From a virus, in IMG/VR virus record IMGVR_UViG_3300013126_000014, positions 53,788-117,787 of that record: a DNA stretch of 64,000 bases, one strand, 5' to 3'. Shown here piece after piece: positions 49,033 to 58,032 of this stretch (its first letter is position 1; every line of letters starts with the position of its first letter). The position numbers and the translations under genes are program-made. Under the pieces are notes generated by a model. The model was not told the origin of the DNA. It made no database searches and was given only the letters and a program-made list of their open reading frames with translations.

Positions 49033-50176
49033 AGTTACATTACGCAATCCATTGGATCAAAACGATCTAATAGATTATTATATTGTCCCTAACAACACCC
49101 AATTGGCACGAGATTGGGTTTTAGCACTTAAAAAAATACTGCAAAACGGTAATCTATTAGAAAAAAATTACTGCTTTATGGGATTTCCAAAAACAGCTCG
49201 TACATTGGAGTATCTCTGTGACGAGTTAAATCGTAGTATAGAAACTATTAACAACTTTAATTTCACACAGCACGGATTGGAAAATTATATTATTGAAGAA
49301 TGGTTCCATCCTAACGTAGTAAGGTTCCCTCCGACTTACCCAATCGAAGGATCAATGATCGAACCTGGCACGTTAGATGGCAATCGCAGAGCTGAAATAG
49401 GTTTATATGCCAAGCACACAGTTCTTAATCAACTACATAATCATTTTGAAAAGCTTCAAGGAACAGTTGATCATCTGAGTCTATATTATAAAGTTGCAGA
49501 CTATGAAACAAAATACGCAATTCGCCAACTGAATATTATTTGTCATGAGATGGAAAGTTTAATTCTGAGTCAACGTAAGTTGGCTAGTACTCCCGAGTGG
49601 GTCAGACCTAGTCAGATTACTACGTTCCTGCACGCTGATCGTTACGAACTCAAAGATGAGCATAGGCAGGGATTCATTGACAATAGTTATGATCGAAAAT
49701 TTGGTCACGTTTATATGCACTGGACGCAAATTGGTAAAACACTTATGGAGGTATTCCGCGATGAGGGAGCGCCTAGGTTAACAGACACAGTTTGCGAAGC
49801 TATTACACATTTAAAATTTTACAGTGGAGAATTTGATGTAGAATGGGGTAAGAGTGTGACTAGAAAAGATAAGTTTCCTTGGGTAGAAAAACTAGCAACA
49901 GAGTTCACTGCTTGGTTGTTAGATAATAATTTAAATCCCAACGACCCTGCACTAAGTCTTGGGTATTTGCCCTTGGGACATGTCGATTTAAAAACTAGTT
50001 TTGGGACTGAAGACATGCTTGACATATGGGAGATATTAGGAAATCATTTAGATATCTATAGTATCGAAATAGACGGAGTCGGGCAGGTTTATAACTATTG
50101 TTGGACAGATTTGGATTACAAAAATAAACAGATTGATATGATGAGACCGGGATATGATTTTAGTAGCAGGCGGTGA
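48980..50176 (+). CDS. Hypothetical protein (His-rich motifs LNQLHNHFE, ICHEME)
   Basis: 398-aa ORF overlapping its neighbours; start uncertain; no recognised family. Confidence 0.7.
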   Translation: MSDLEKMFMLGTDQSQIKVTLRNPLDQNDLIDYYIVPNNTQLARDWVLALKKILQNGNLLEKNYCFMGFPKTARTLEYLCDELNRSIETINNFNFTQHGLENYIIEEWFHPNVVRFPPTYPIEGSMIEPGTLDGNRRAEIGLYAKHTVLNQLHNHFEKLQGTVDHLSLYYKVADYETKYAIRQLNIICHEMESLILSQRKLASTPEWVRPSQITTFLHADRYELKDEHRQGFIDNSYDRKFGHVYMHWTQIGKTLMEVFRDEGAPRLTDTVCEAITHLKFYSGEFDVEWGKSVTRKDKFPWVEKLATEFTAWLLDNNLNPNDPALSLGYLPLGHVDLKTSFGTEDMLDIWEILGNHLDIYSIEIDGVGQVYNYCWTDLDYKNKQIDMMRPGYDFSSRR

Positions 50177-50975
50177 TAGTTTTGTATACGGTTCGGAATT
50201 AAAAGACCAAACTAATGGCCCTAGTTCTAGTACCTACGCCGCATTATTGGCAAAAAGTATTTCTGCTGAATATATCTGTACAGCTTGGCCGGGCAATGCT
50301 AACAATGCAATTACCAGAATGACTATGTCTGCATGCCAGAAAAACAAAAATAATGATATATTTGTAATTGTAACTTGGACATTTACGCAGCGATTTGAGT
50401 TTAGATTTAATTACAACACAAAACAATCTATTAGTCCGTGGTATAGTATTAATAGTTGGACTATTAAAGATGATTCAACAGTGTTGAATTATTTTTGGAA
50501 AAAAGATCGCAAGATTGAACAGTGTCAGCTTGAACATCTCAAAAACGCAAGATTGACCGGAGTTGCTGATTTCGCTAAAGAATTTTATTTGCATGTTGGT
50601 GATAGTGAATACTATGAACTATATAGTAGTTTAAAAGAGATAGTATTTTTGCAAAACTATCTCAAACTAAACCAAATACCGTATATGTTTTTACCAGCAG
50701 ATGTGTGTTTTTTAAATCATGAAAACTATTTGCGAAGTCGAGATCAATACCTTGCTGATTTATATGAACAAATAGAGTGGGACAAGTGGTTTTTCTTTCC
50801 AAAAGGAACAAGAGCAAACGAAACTAGCGGGCATCGAGGATTTTACCAATGGGCAGCAGAAAGCGGGTATTCCATAGGAACTACGCACCCATTGGAACAG
50901 GCACACTATGATGCGCATTTACTAATGCAGGAGAAATTCAATGAATTGGTTGTTAAAAATTATCAATCGTGTTAA
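50154..50975 (+). CDS. SGNH/GDSL hydrolase-like protein
   Basis: GGDSFVYG, PGNAN, and C-terminal HP..QAH. Confidence 0.7.
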   Translation: MILVAGGDSFVYGSELKDQTNGPSSSTYAALLAKSISAEYICTAWPGNANNAITRMTMSACQKNKNNDIFVIVTWTFTQRFEFRFNYNTKQSISPWYSINSWTIKDDSTVLNYFWKKDRKIEQCQLEHLKNARLTGVADFAKEFYLHVGDSEYYELYSSLKEIVFLQNYLKLNQIPYMFLPADVCFLNHENYLRSRDQYLADLYEQIEWDKWFFFPKGTRANETSGHRGFYQWAAESGYSIGTTHPLEQAHYDAHLLMQEKFNELVVKNYQSC

Positions 50976-51042
50976 ATTAGAAATAAGATATAGAAAAAAA
51001 CTAAAAGAATTACGAAAAAGAGACCCTTTTATATACAAATGA
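50941..51042 (+). CDS. 33-aa basic peptide
   Basis: MNWLLKIINRVKLEIRYRKKLKELRKRDPFIYK. AGGAG RBS upstream, ATGA overlap with the next gene. Not in the ORF track. Confidence 0.65.
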   Translation: MNWLLKIINRVKLEIRYRKKLKELRKRDPFIYK

Positions 51043-51674
51043 AAAGAATATTAGCAGTAGGCGATAGTTTTACATACGGAGCAGAGTTGAAAGAGTTAAC
51101 TTCTGCTTGGCCATCATTGTTGGGTAAAAAATTAGGATATGCAGTGGATAATTACGGGCTACAAGGCGGTGGCAACCAACAGATGGTGCGCACAGTAGTC
51201 CAGCACTCCGATCAACATGAAATAATAATCATTGCATGGAGTCACTACGCTAGGATGGAGTTTGCTGATGGTTGCGGTGTTTTTGATGTGTGGCCTGGTA
51301 GTAGAGGATTAGAGTTTGCGGGAGAAACTGCACACAGAAAGGATCTACTAAAATACATTAATCTGCATCATAATGATCATTATCTGTACAAACAATATCT
51401 TCTCAATATTATTTTATTACAAAATTATCTAAAATCAAAAAATAAAAAATATATCATGTTAGACACGTTTGGAAATTTAGAACTTCGTAAACAGTTTTAT
51501 AACTTTTCTAATCTGGTTGATTCAACTTTTTATTTAGGTTGGCCCAATGAAACAATGATGGAATGGACTTATGGTTGCCCACAAGGACCTGGCGGACATT
51601 TCTTAGAAGAAGGACATGCTGTAGTAGCAGAAAAAATCAATGAACATATTAGGAATCTCGGCTGGATTTCATGA
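51039..51674 (+). CDS. SGNH/GDSL hydrolase-like protein
   Basis: VGDSFTYG, QGGGN, and C-terminal GGHFLEEGH. Paralogue of 50154..50975. Confidence 0.7.
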   Translation: MKRILAVGDSFTYGAELKELTSAWPSLLGKKLGYAVDNYGLQGGGNQQMVRTVVQHSDQHEIIIIAWSHYARMEFADGCGVFDVWPGSRGLEFAGETAHRKDLLKYINLHHNDHYLYKQYLLNIILLQNYLKSKNKKYIMLDTFGNLELRKQFYNFSNLVDSTFYLGWPNETMMEWTYGCPQGPGGHFLEEGHAVVAEKINEHIRNLGWIS

Positions 51675-53139
51675 CGCGGCGGTAACCGCAATCGTAGACG
51701 ACAAAATTGTTTTTGCTGGGCACAGTGAACGCTACAGCAAGCGTAAACATGACAGTAACTTACATCCTGACTTAATTAAAGACGCATTAAACTATCTTGG
51801 TCACGTAGATCAAATTGCCTACTACGAAAGACCATGGGCTAAATGCACACGTCAACTATACGCAGGACAATATTACGATGCTCTCCATCCTTACAATTTA
51901 AAAGATTGGTTGTATAAAAATGTCCAATGGTCGGGCCTACATAGTTTAAAGATTGAAAACTATAATCATCACCTAAGTCATGCGGCTGCCGGTTTCCAAA
52001 CAAGTCCATTTACAGATGCTACAGTAGTGGTAATTGATGCCATAGGTGAGTGGGATACTATTAGTATCTGGTCAGCGTATTATGATGACAGCACTGGTCG
52101 TGCTGAATACAAAAAGCTATGGGGACAAAAATATCCCCATAGCATTGGCCTAATGTATTCGGCCTTTACTCAGAGCGTGGGGTTGAAACCCTTAGATGAA
52201 GAATATATACTAATGGGAATGGCAGGTTGGGGCAAGCCATTAAATTGGTTTCAAGCAGACAATCTTAAGGCCAGTTTAATAGAAGACGATGCTGCATTAA
52301 TTTTTAAACATAATCTACACATTGGCCTACCAGGAAAGATTCAAGGTAATTGGTCAAACGAAGATACCGCACGTGCAGCACAGGAACTCGCAGAAGATTT
52401 AATAGCAACTGTGATGGGCAAAGCTCGAGATCTAGGCCTTAGTGATAATTTGGTCTACTCGGGCGGAGTGGCACTTAACTGTAGTGCTAATAGAATACTA
52501 GGAGAATACTATGATAACATTTGGATTATGCCTAATCCTGGCGATGCTGGCAGTAGCCTTGGCGCGGCTGCAATGGCGTATGGCAGAAGATTGGTTTGGG
52601 ATAATGCTTTCTTGGGTCATGATATTAGTGGCCCTTACCCTGTTAAAGATATCATTTCCGAGTTGGCTACTAATAAAATTGTTGGGGTAGCCAGTGGTCG
52701 AGCAGAGTTTGGCCCTAGAGCATTGGGTAATAGAAGTTTATTAGCGGACCCTAGAGGTTCAGAAATAAAGGATACTGTAAATGAAATCAAACGTAGACAA
52801 AAGTTTAGACCTTTTGCACCTGTCATACTTGAAGAGCTTGCACGTGATTATTTTGATATGCCTGTGGGCTGGGATCGTAGCCCTTACATGCAGACAGTGG
52901 CTCATTGCCGTCGTCCTAGCGAGTTTCCCGCTATTGTACATGTGGATGGCACATCGCGTGTACAAACAGTACCAAAAGATGGTTCGGGAATCAGACAACT
53001 CTTAGAACAATGGTATGTATGGACAGGTTGTCCAATGTTGCTTAACACTAGCTTAAACATCAGAGGGGAACCAATGGTCAATGATCGTAAAGATGCAGAT
53101 AGGTTTGAACAGTTATACGGAGTACGAGTATTATCATGA
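51640..53139 (+). CDS. O-carbamoyltransferase (NodU/CmcH/TobZ family)
   Basis: HDAA, HHLSHAA, DAIGE, GGVALNC, PGDAG, EFGPRALGNRS, FRPFAP, HVDGTSRVQ, LLNTSLN. Confidence 0.95.
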   Translation: MNILGISAGFHDAAVTAIVDDKIVFAGHSERYSKRKHDSNLHPDLIKDALNYLGHVDQIAYYERPWAKCTRQLYAGQYYDALHPYNLKDWLYKNVQWSGLHSLKIENYNHHLSHAAAGFQTSPFTDATVVVIDAIGEWDTISIWSAYYDDSTGRAEYKKLWGQKYPHSIGLMYSAFTQSVGLKPLDEEYILMGMAGWGKPLNWFQADNLKASLIEDDAALIFKHNLHIGLPGKIQGNWSNEDTARAAQELAEDLIATVMGKARDLGLSDNLVYSGGVALNCSANRILGEYYDNIWIMPNPGDAGSSLGAAAMAYGRRLVWDNAFLGHDISGPYPVKDIISELATNKIVGVASGRAEFGPRALGNRSLLADPRGSEIKDTVNEIKRRQKFRPFAPVILEELARDYFDMPVGWDRSPYMQTVAHCRRPSEFPAIVHVDGTSRVQTVPKDGSGIRQLLEQWYVWTGCPMLLNTSLNIRGEPMVNDRKDADRFEQLYGVRVLS

Positions 53140-53558
53140 AAACAAAATATCAACAGGCACACATGCAGGCCGCACATATCTATGCCGGGCTTAGTCACGC
53201 ACGTAGATTAAAAGTTGGCGCACTTATCGTCAAAGACGATAGAATCATATCAATTGGCTACAACGGTATGCCTGGCGGTTGGGATAACAACTGCGAAATA
53301 GAAACAGAAGATGGATTACTTAAAACTAAACCGGAGGTATTACATGCGGAAACGAACGCTATTGCGAAACTTGCTAGGAGCAGTGAGTCTGGTCTCGGCT
53401 CAACTTTATTTGTTACACATAGTCCTTGCCTCGATTGCGCCAAAATCATCTATCAGTCAGGTATTAAGCATGTCTACTACGCAACTGATTACAGGGATGA
53501 TAGTGGGATCACTTTTCTTCGCAATTCCGGCATCCAAGTAGATCAACTAGATGTTTGA
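53136..53558 (+). CDS. cd: dCMP deaminase
   Basis: VGALIVKD.RIISIGYNG, HAETNA and SPCLDC zinc motifs. Confidence 0.92.
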   Translation: MKTKYQQAHMQAAHIYAGLSHARRLKVGALIVKDDRIISIGYNGMPGGWDNNCEIETEDGLLKTKPEVLHAETNAIAKLARSSESGLGSTLFVTHSPCLDCAKIIYQSGIKHVYYATDYRDDSGITFLRNSGIQVDQLDV

Positions 53559-54876
53559 CGTTTTTATCATGGACATGGGAGGTAATGATACCAATGTATA
53601 CGACCTTGTACAGCGTTTCCCGCACGCTCGAGTAGTAAGATACTACGATAATCACTTAAACACGTTAAAACGCTGTATTTCGCGTTGTAGAACCCCATAT
53701 GCCTGGGTTATTTCCAGTGTTTGCGACTATACAGACTTTGATTTTGACTATAGGGCACGACCATGGGAAGCATATCAGCTACACTGCTGGGCTAGTGGCA
53801 CAGAAAAGTTTGGTGATACATTCCTTGTAAATGTTGCTGAGTTTAAACAACAAAAAGACATCGAATTACTAGAGTGGTATAAGGATGTTAACTGGCACAC
53901 ACCCGGAGTACCGCGCCTAACTCCGCCTGTGGTTACATACACTAGCGATAACCTGGTTGATGTAGTGCGTGCTACAAAGTTTGACACTCCCTACATACTA
54001 TTCAAACGTGATGTAGACTCTACACCCAATTTTGAGCCCATTTTATGGCGAGATCGTGCTGTACACACTTTTAACAGAGCAAACAGTGTATCACTAGTGC
54101 CGCGCGAAATTTCAGCGCATTTAGCAACACAAATCTACGATTTTCCGCACATAATCAAGCAAAAATCGCAGATTTTGGCCTCAGATCCGCTTGATATTAT
54201 CTATATCAGCAACGGCGAACCTAACGCAGAACAGTGGTATAATCACTTGTTATCAACAATAAGCAGGGGCAATTACACCAATTGGATACGTAGAGTCAAG
54301 GATGTTAATGGTCGAGTAAACGCATATAAAGCCGCCGCTGAGGCCAGCCAAACTGATTGGTTTTTTGCTGTGTTTGCTAAGTTAGAAGTAGTGGACTCAT
54401 TTGATTGGTCGTGGCAACCAGATTACTTACAAGAGCCTAAGCACTATATTTTCAATAGTCGCAATCCTGTAAATGGTTTAGAGTACGGCCATATGGGTGT
54501 TATTACCTACAATCGAAGATTAGTACTTGACACAGTTGAACATGGCCTAGACTTTACTCTAAGCAAACCACATGCTGTGGTCCCTGTGTTAAGTGCTACT
54601 GCACACTACAATACCACACCTGAACTAACCTGGCGCACAGCCTTCCGCGAAGTTGTAAAACTCAAAGACGATGCGGTGCGGAATGACAGTGTTGAAAGCC
54701 GGCATAGATTAAAAACTTGGCTACACAAAGCTGAGGGTGATCACAGTGAGTGGAGCTTAATAGGTGCGCATGATGCTGTTGAATATTACAACAGTGTTGA
54801 AGGCAATTACGATAAACTAATGCTTAGTTTTGAGTGGGTATGGCTAACAGATTACTGGACTAAGAAATATTCTTAA
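53551..54876 (+). CDS. Glycosyltransferase-like protein (two-domain paralogue of 36035..36931)
   Basis: C-terminal half LDIIYISNGEP...AYKAAA...NGLEYG...WRTAFREVVK aligns with 36035..36931. Confidence 0.65.
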   Translation: MFDVFIMDMGGNDTNVYDLVQRFPHARVVRYYDNHLNTLKRCISRCRTPYAWVISSVCDYTDFDFDYRARPWEAYQLHCWASGTEKFGDTFLVNVAEFKQQKDIELLEWYKDVNWHTPGVPRLTPPVVTYTSDNLVDVVRATKFDTPYILFKRDVDSTPNFEPILWRDRAVHTFNRANSVSLVPREISAHLATQIYDFPHIIKQKSQILASDPLDIIYISNGEPNAEQWYNHLLSTISRGNYTNWIRRVKDVNGRVNAYKAAAEASQTDWFFAVFAKLEVVDSFDWSWQPDYLQEPKHYIFNSRNPVNGLEYGHMGVITYNRRLVLDTVEHGLDFTLSKPHAVVPVLSATAHYNTTPELTWRTAFREVVKLKDDAVRNDSVESRHRLKTWLHKAEGDHSEWSLIGAHDAVEYYNSVEGNYDKLMLSFEWVWLTDYWTKKYS

Positions 54877-55984
54877 TTACACTGTCAACAATATGTTCTA
54901 CTTCAGCATCCATTAGTTCTGGATAGATAGGTAAACTAAGTGCAGTCTTACAAAAATCCTCAGCACCATTTAGCACGCCTAAATTAAAGTCAACACCAAA
55001 TATAAAACTCACAGGCTCTAGGTGTAGGGGTTTGCTGTAGTGTATCTTTGTTTCGACTCCGTCGTCATCTAAACGAATTTTTAATCTACCACGATTGGGA
55101 GCATTGATAACAAACTTGTGCCAAGCATGTTCCACACGATTGTCTACAGTAGGTATATCGACTATACCGCTGAGCTGATCTTGATAGTATTCGGCGATTT
55201 GTCGTCTGCGAACCTGCCACTGATCAAAGTATTTTAATTTGACCAACATTTGAGCACAATCACTTTCACTCATTTTACTGTTAGTTCCAGTCATGTGGTG
55301 ATCATCAAATTTGCCATTGTCTCGTAAGTTTCTGACTACTTCGTAAAAGTTGTAATCATCTGTGAGTACCATGCCGCCACTACCGTAGTTGTTTAGATTT
55401 TTGGTAGGATCAAAACTTAAGACACTTAGGTCACCTAGTTTGCCGCTGGGTACGCCACGCCAATAGGCGCCAAAACTCTGTGCTGCGTCTTCAATGATAT
55501 GTACATCATTTTCTGCCCATAGTGTTTGATAGTGTAAGAGTTGGTCGTAGTCAACAATGTTACCAAATAGATTAACATACATTACAGCATGAAGTTCATC
55601 TGCTGATACTGGAATTTTATTTAGGTCAATGAGCCCTGTGCGAGGATCGACATCACAGAACACAGGATCAAATCCTGCTTCGAGTACTGCGTTAGCTGTG
55701 GCAATGAAACTAACTGAGGGAATAAGAACTTTATGTCGAGTGTCTCGATCGCCCCAATCAACACTGCGTAGACTAAAGATAAGACCTTGAGTACCACTAC
55801 CTACAGCCACAGCATACCTACGTTCGGTCATCTTAGCTAAGGTTTTTTCAAACAGGTCAGTGTAATAGCCGTCGAGAACTCGACCTGACTTGTATACAGT
55901 GTCAGAAGCCGCCAGAATCTCCTCGCGAAGGTTGCGGTATTGTCTATCTATCCCAAAGAACGGGATTCTTGATGTACCACTCAT
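54860..55984 (-). CDS. DegT/DnrJ/EryC1/StrS PLP-dependent sugar aminotransferase
   Basis: SGT, SFIATANA, IIEDAAQSFG, SFDPTKNL..YGSGG, LSLPIYPEL. Confidence 0.95.
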   Translation of the reverse strand: MSGTSRIPFFGIDRQYRNLREEILAASDTVYKSGRVLDGYYTDLFEKTLAKMTERRYAVAVGSGTQGLIFSLRSVDWGDRDTRHKVLIPSVSFIATANAVLEAGFDPVFCDVDPRTGLIDLNKIPVSADELHAVMYVNLFGNIVDYDQLLHYQTLWAENDVHIIEDAAQSFGAYWRGVPSGKLGDLSVLSFDPTKNLNNYGSGGMVLTDDYNFYEVVRNLRDNGKFDDHHMTGTNSKMSESDCAQMLVKLKYFDQWQVRRRQIAEYYQDQLSGIVDIPTVDNRVEHAWHKFVINAPNRGRLKIRLDDDGVETKIHYSKPLHLEPVSFIFGVDFNLGVLNGAEDFCKTALSLPIYPELMDAEVEHIVDSVIKNIS

Positions 55985-56906
55985 AATATTTTCTAAAGCC
56001 TTCTTCTACCCCAACTTTGGGAGCATAGCCTAGGTCTTGTTGTGCTCTACTGATATCTAGTCGACCACGTTTAGGAAAACTTAAATCTCGATCGGCACAG
56101 ATTAAATCGCCTTTACCTGCAATATTAATAGCAAGCTCTGCGGCTTCTTTTAATGTCCACATGCGATCATCGCTACGTGTGATATTGTAAATGCCCTGAG
56201 CATTTTCTTTAGTTGCAGCAAGTGCGATACCCATGGCAGTATCTTCAACGTAGGTAAAATCAAGTACTTCAGTGGCGCCATTTACTTTAAGTGTTTCGCC
56301 GCGCATAGCTTTAGTCATAAACTTGCTAACAACACGATCCTCTACGTCCCATTCACCATACACAGCACTAGGACGAATAATAACATGCTCAAAGCAACCA
56401 CGGCGGCTGTAATCTTCTACAAGTTTCTCACCCATATATTTCATAATACCATACTGCCCAATTGGGTTACACAGGCTGTTTTCTGTGACATCTGTTTCAA
56501 AGTCGCCATAGACCATACTAGAGCTAATATAAACAAACTTGCGAATATTATGTTTTTTACTAAGTTCTAATAGATTAATTAATCCCGTTGCCATAACTTC
56601 GCTGGCTATTGCTGGATCTTGTTCTACTACCTTTTGTCGAGGATAACTAGCCAAATGAATTACACAGTCAAATTCATAATTCATAAACAGGCTGTTTAGT
56701 TTATTAGCATCTCGGATATCAACTTTATATGTTTCGCTGATGTATCTCTTTTGTCGGGCAGACGTCAGATAAGTTATTTCATTAGCAGGAATAAATCCGT
56801 AGTTAGTAAATGCATCCACAACACTACAATCGTGTCCTTGCTGTTCTAAGAAACGTGTCACGTTGTGTCCGATAAAACCTGCCCCACCTGTAATCAAATA
56901 CTTCAT
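55944..56906 (-). CDS. NAD-dependent NDP-sugar epimerase/dehydratase
   Basis: TGGAGFIG, HLAS, SSSMVYG, YGIMK (YxxxK), DFTYVED. Start moved to MKYLITGG at 56906. Confidence 0.93.
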   Translation of the reverse strand: MKYLITGGAGFIGHNVTRFLEQQGHDCSVVDAFTNYGFIPANEITYLTSARQKRYISETYKVDIRDANKLNSLFMNYEFDCVIHLASYPRQKVVEQDPAIASEVMATGLINLLELSKKHNIRKFVYISSSMVYGDFETDVTENSLCNPIGQYGIMKYMGEKLVEDYSRRGCFEHVIIRPSAVYGEWDVEDRVVSKFMTKAMRGETLKVNGATEVLDFTYVEDTAMGIALAATKENAQGIYNITRSDDRMWTLKEAAELAINIAGKGDLICADRDLSFPKRGRLDISRAQQDLGYAPKVGVEEGFRKYYEWYIKNPVLWDR

Positions 56907-56907
56907 G

Positions 56908-57549
56908 TTAGTCCCAAAGTGCGCGATAGTATTTGCCAAACAAGCGCAGGCCGTTGTTGATGCGATCGTGGTGAGCTTTAAGTCCTTTGCGGTCTACTTT
57001 GATCTTACGAATCTGTGTGTTAAGATCATCGTTGGGATTATCTGCAAGTGTGTGGTTATAGAACTTACTATCACCATCATCGTCAATGATTTGTTCATGT
57101 GCCCAGATCATTTCATCCATGACCCAATCCCATCGACGGAAATGGTTGCCATCTGTGTCCCATGAATTCTTTTTAGCCTTTTGTGCTGACTTGGTTGTGC
57201 TACGTAATTTAGGAGGGACATCTTCGTCATCGACTAGTGGAGCACCGTGTTTAACTGCCTTAAGTTGTTTAAGCATAGGTACAGCAACTAGACTTAGGGT
57301 ATAATCTAAACTCCAAGTATCATAATTATCAATGTGGATTTTAATTGTACGAGTACGTTTACTATAAATCCAAGAACAAGCATCTGCTACCCATGTCTTA
57401 GCTAACCAGTCGCCCATCTTATCTGACAGACGATAGTCCCAACGTTGGGCTAATTTATCTTCAGGGTATTTTTCTTGCCAGAAGAATAATGCTTCTACAA
57501 GTTGATATGGACCCCACCAGTGTAAATACTTGCCGATCTTAACTTTCAT
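56908..57549 (-). CDS. Hypothetical phage protein
   Basis: 213-aa ORF with YDTWSLD, WDWVMDEMIWA and GLRLFGKYYRALWD motifs of the kind seen in large-phage hypotheticals. Confidence 0.75.
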   Translation of the reverse strand: MKVKIGKYLHWWGPYQLVEALFFWQEKYPEDKLAQRWDYRLSDKMGDWLAKTWVADACSWIYSKRTRTIKIHIDNYDTWSLDYTLSLVAVPMLKQLKAVKHGAPLVDDEDVPPKLRSTTKSAQKAKKNSWDTDGNHFRRWDWVMDEMIWAHEQIIDDDGDSKFYNHTLADNPNDDLNTQIRKIKVDRKGLKAHHDRINNGLRLFGKYYRALWD

Positions 57550-57712
57550 TGCTTTCTTCCTTTTTAACTAAGACCCAACCATCACCTTCTGGACGCCAAC
57601 AAATAATATCACCTACTTGCCATCCTAGTTCCGCAACAAGTTCATCTGGAAATGGCAAATATTCTTCGCCATTTTCGTCTAATTCAACACGTACTGTGTA
57701 ACGGTTACTCAT
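57539..57712 (-). CDS. 57-aa AbrB/MazE/SpoVT-like protein
   Basis: Hand translation MSNRYTVRVELDENGEEYLPFPDELVAELGWQVGDIICWRPEGDGWVLVKKEESNES shows the LP.P.E....LGW..GD.I pattern. Overlaps both neighbours. Confidence 0.65.
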   Translation of the reverse strand: MSNRYTVRVELDENGEEYLPFPDELVAELGWQVGDIICWRPEGDGWVLVKKEESNES

Positions 57713-58032
57713 TTCCAATCCTCATTATGATGGTTAAAGAATCTTAAACAATAATCTGTATATTCGCTTTCACTCAGGTCAGCATAGAAGCGAACCTGTT
57801 TAAACCAGTCAATGGTGTTATTATCGATGTCAAAGTCTAACTTGACACCGTTTCTTTCTGCCCATTGATACCGATCGGTTTTACTAAATTCTTCTGCAGC
57901 CTTCATATACATATCTTGGAAGTTAATGTTAATAACTTCATTAATATGCAATCTATAACTGTGTAGTCTGACTCTATGAGGTCTCTCAAACCGCCATTGG
58001 GGCTTTGATTGAGTTGAGGCTTGTATATCCAT
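57709..58032 (-). CDS. Hypothetical protein
   Basis: 107-aa ORF in the operon; start uncertain (47-nt overlap with thyA). Confidence 0.6.
   Translation of the reverse strand: MDIQASTQSKPQWRFERPHRVRLHSYRLHINEVININFQDMYMKAAEEFSKTDRYQWAERNGVKLDFDIDNNTIDWFKQVRFYADLSESEYTDYCLRFFNHHNEDWK

Noticed and set aside
33789-56906. Host chromosomal O-antigen/capsule or antibiotic cluster (contamination or prophage flank)
   Set aside because: No transporter, flippase, polymerase or resistance gene. The genes are phage-style overlapped, carry the phage TAAATA motif and are interleaved with phage nucleotide-metabolism genes.
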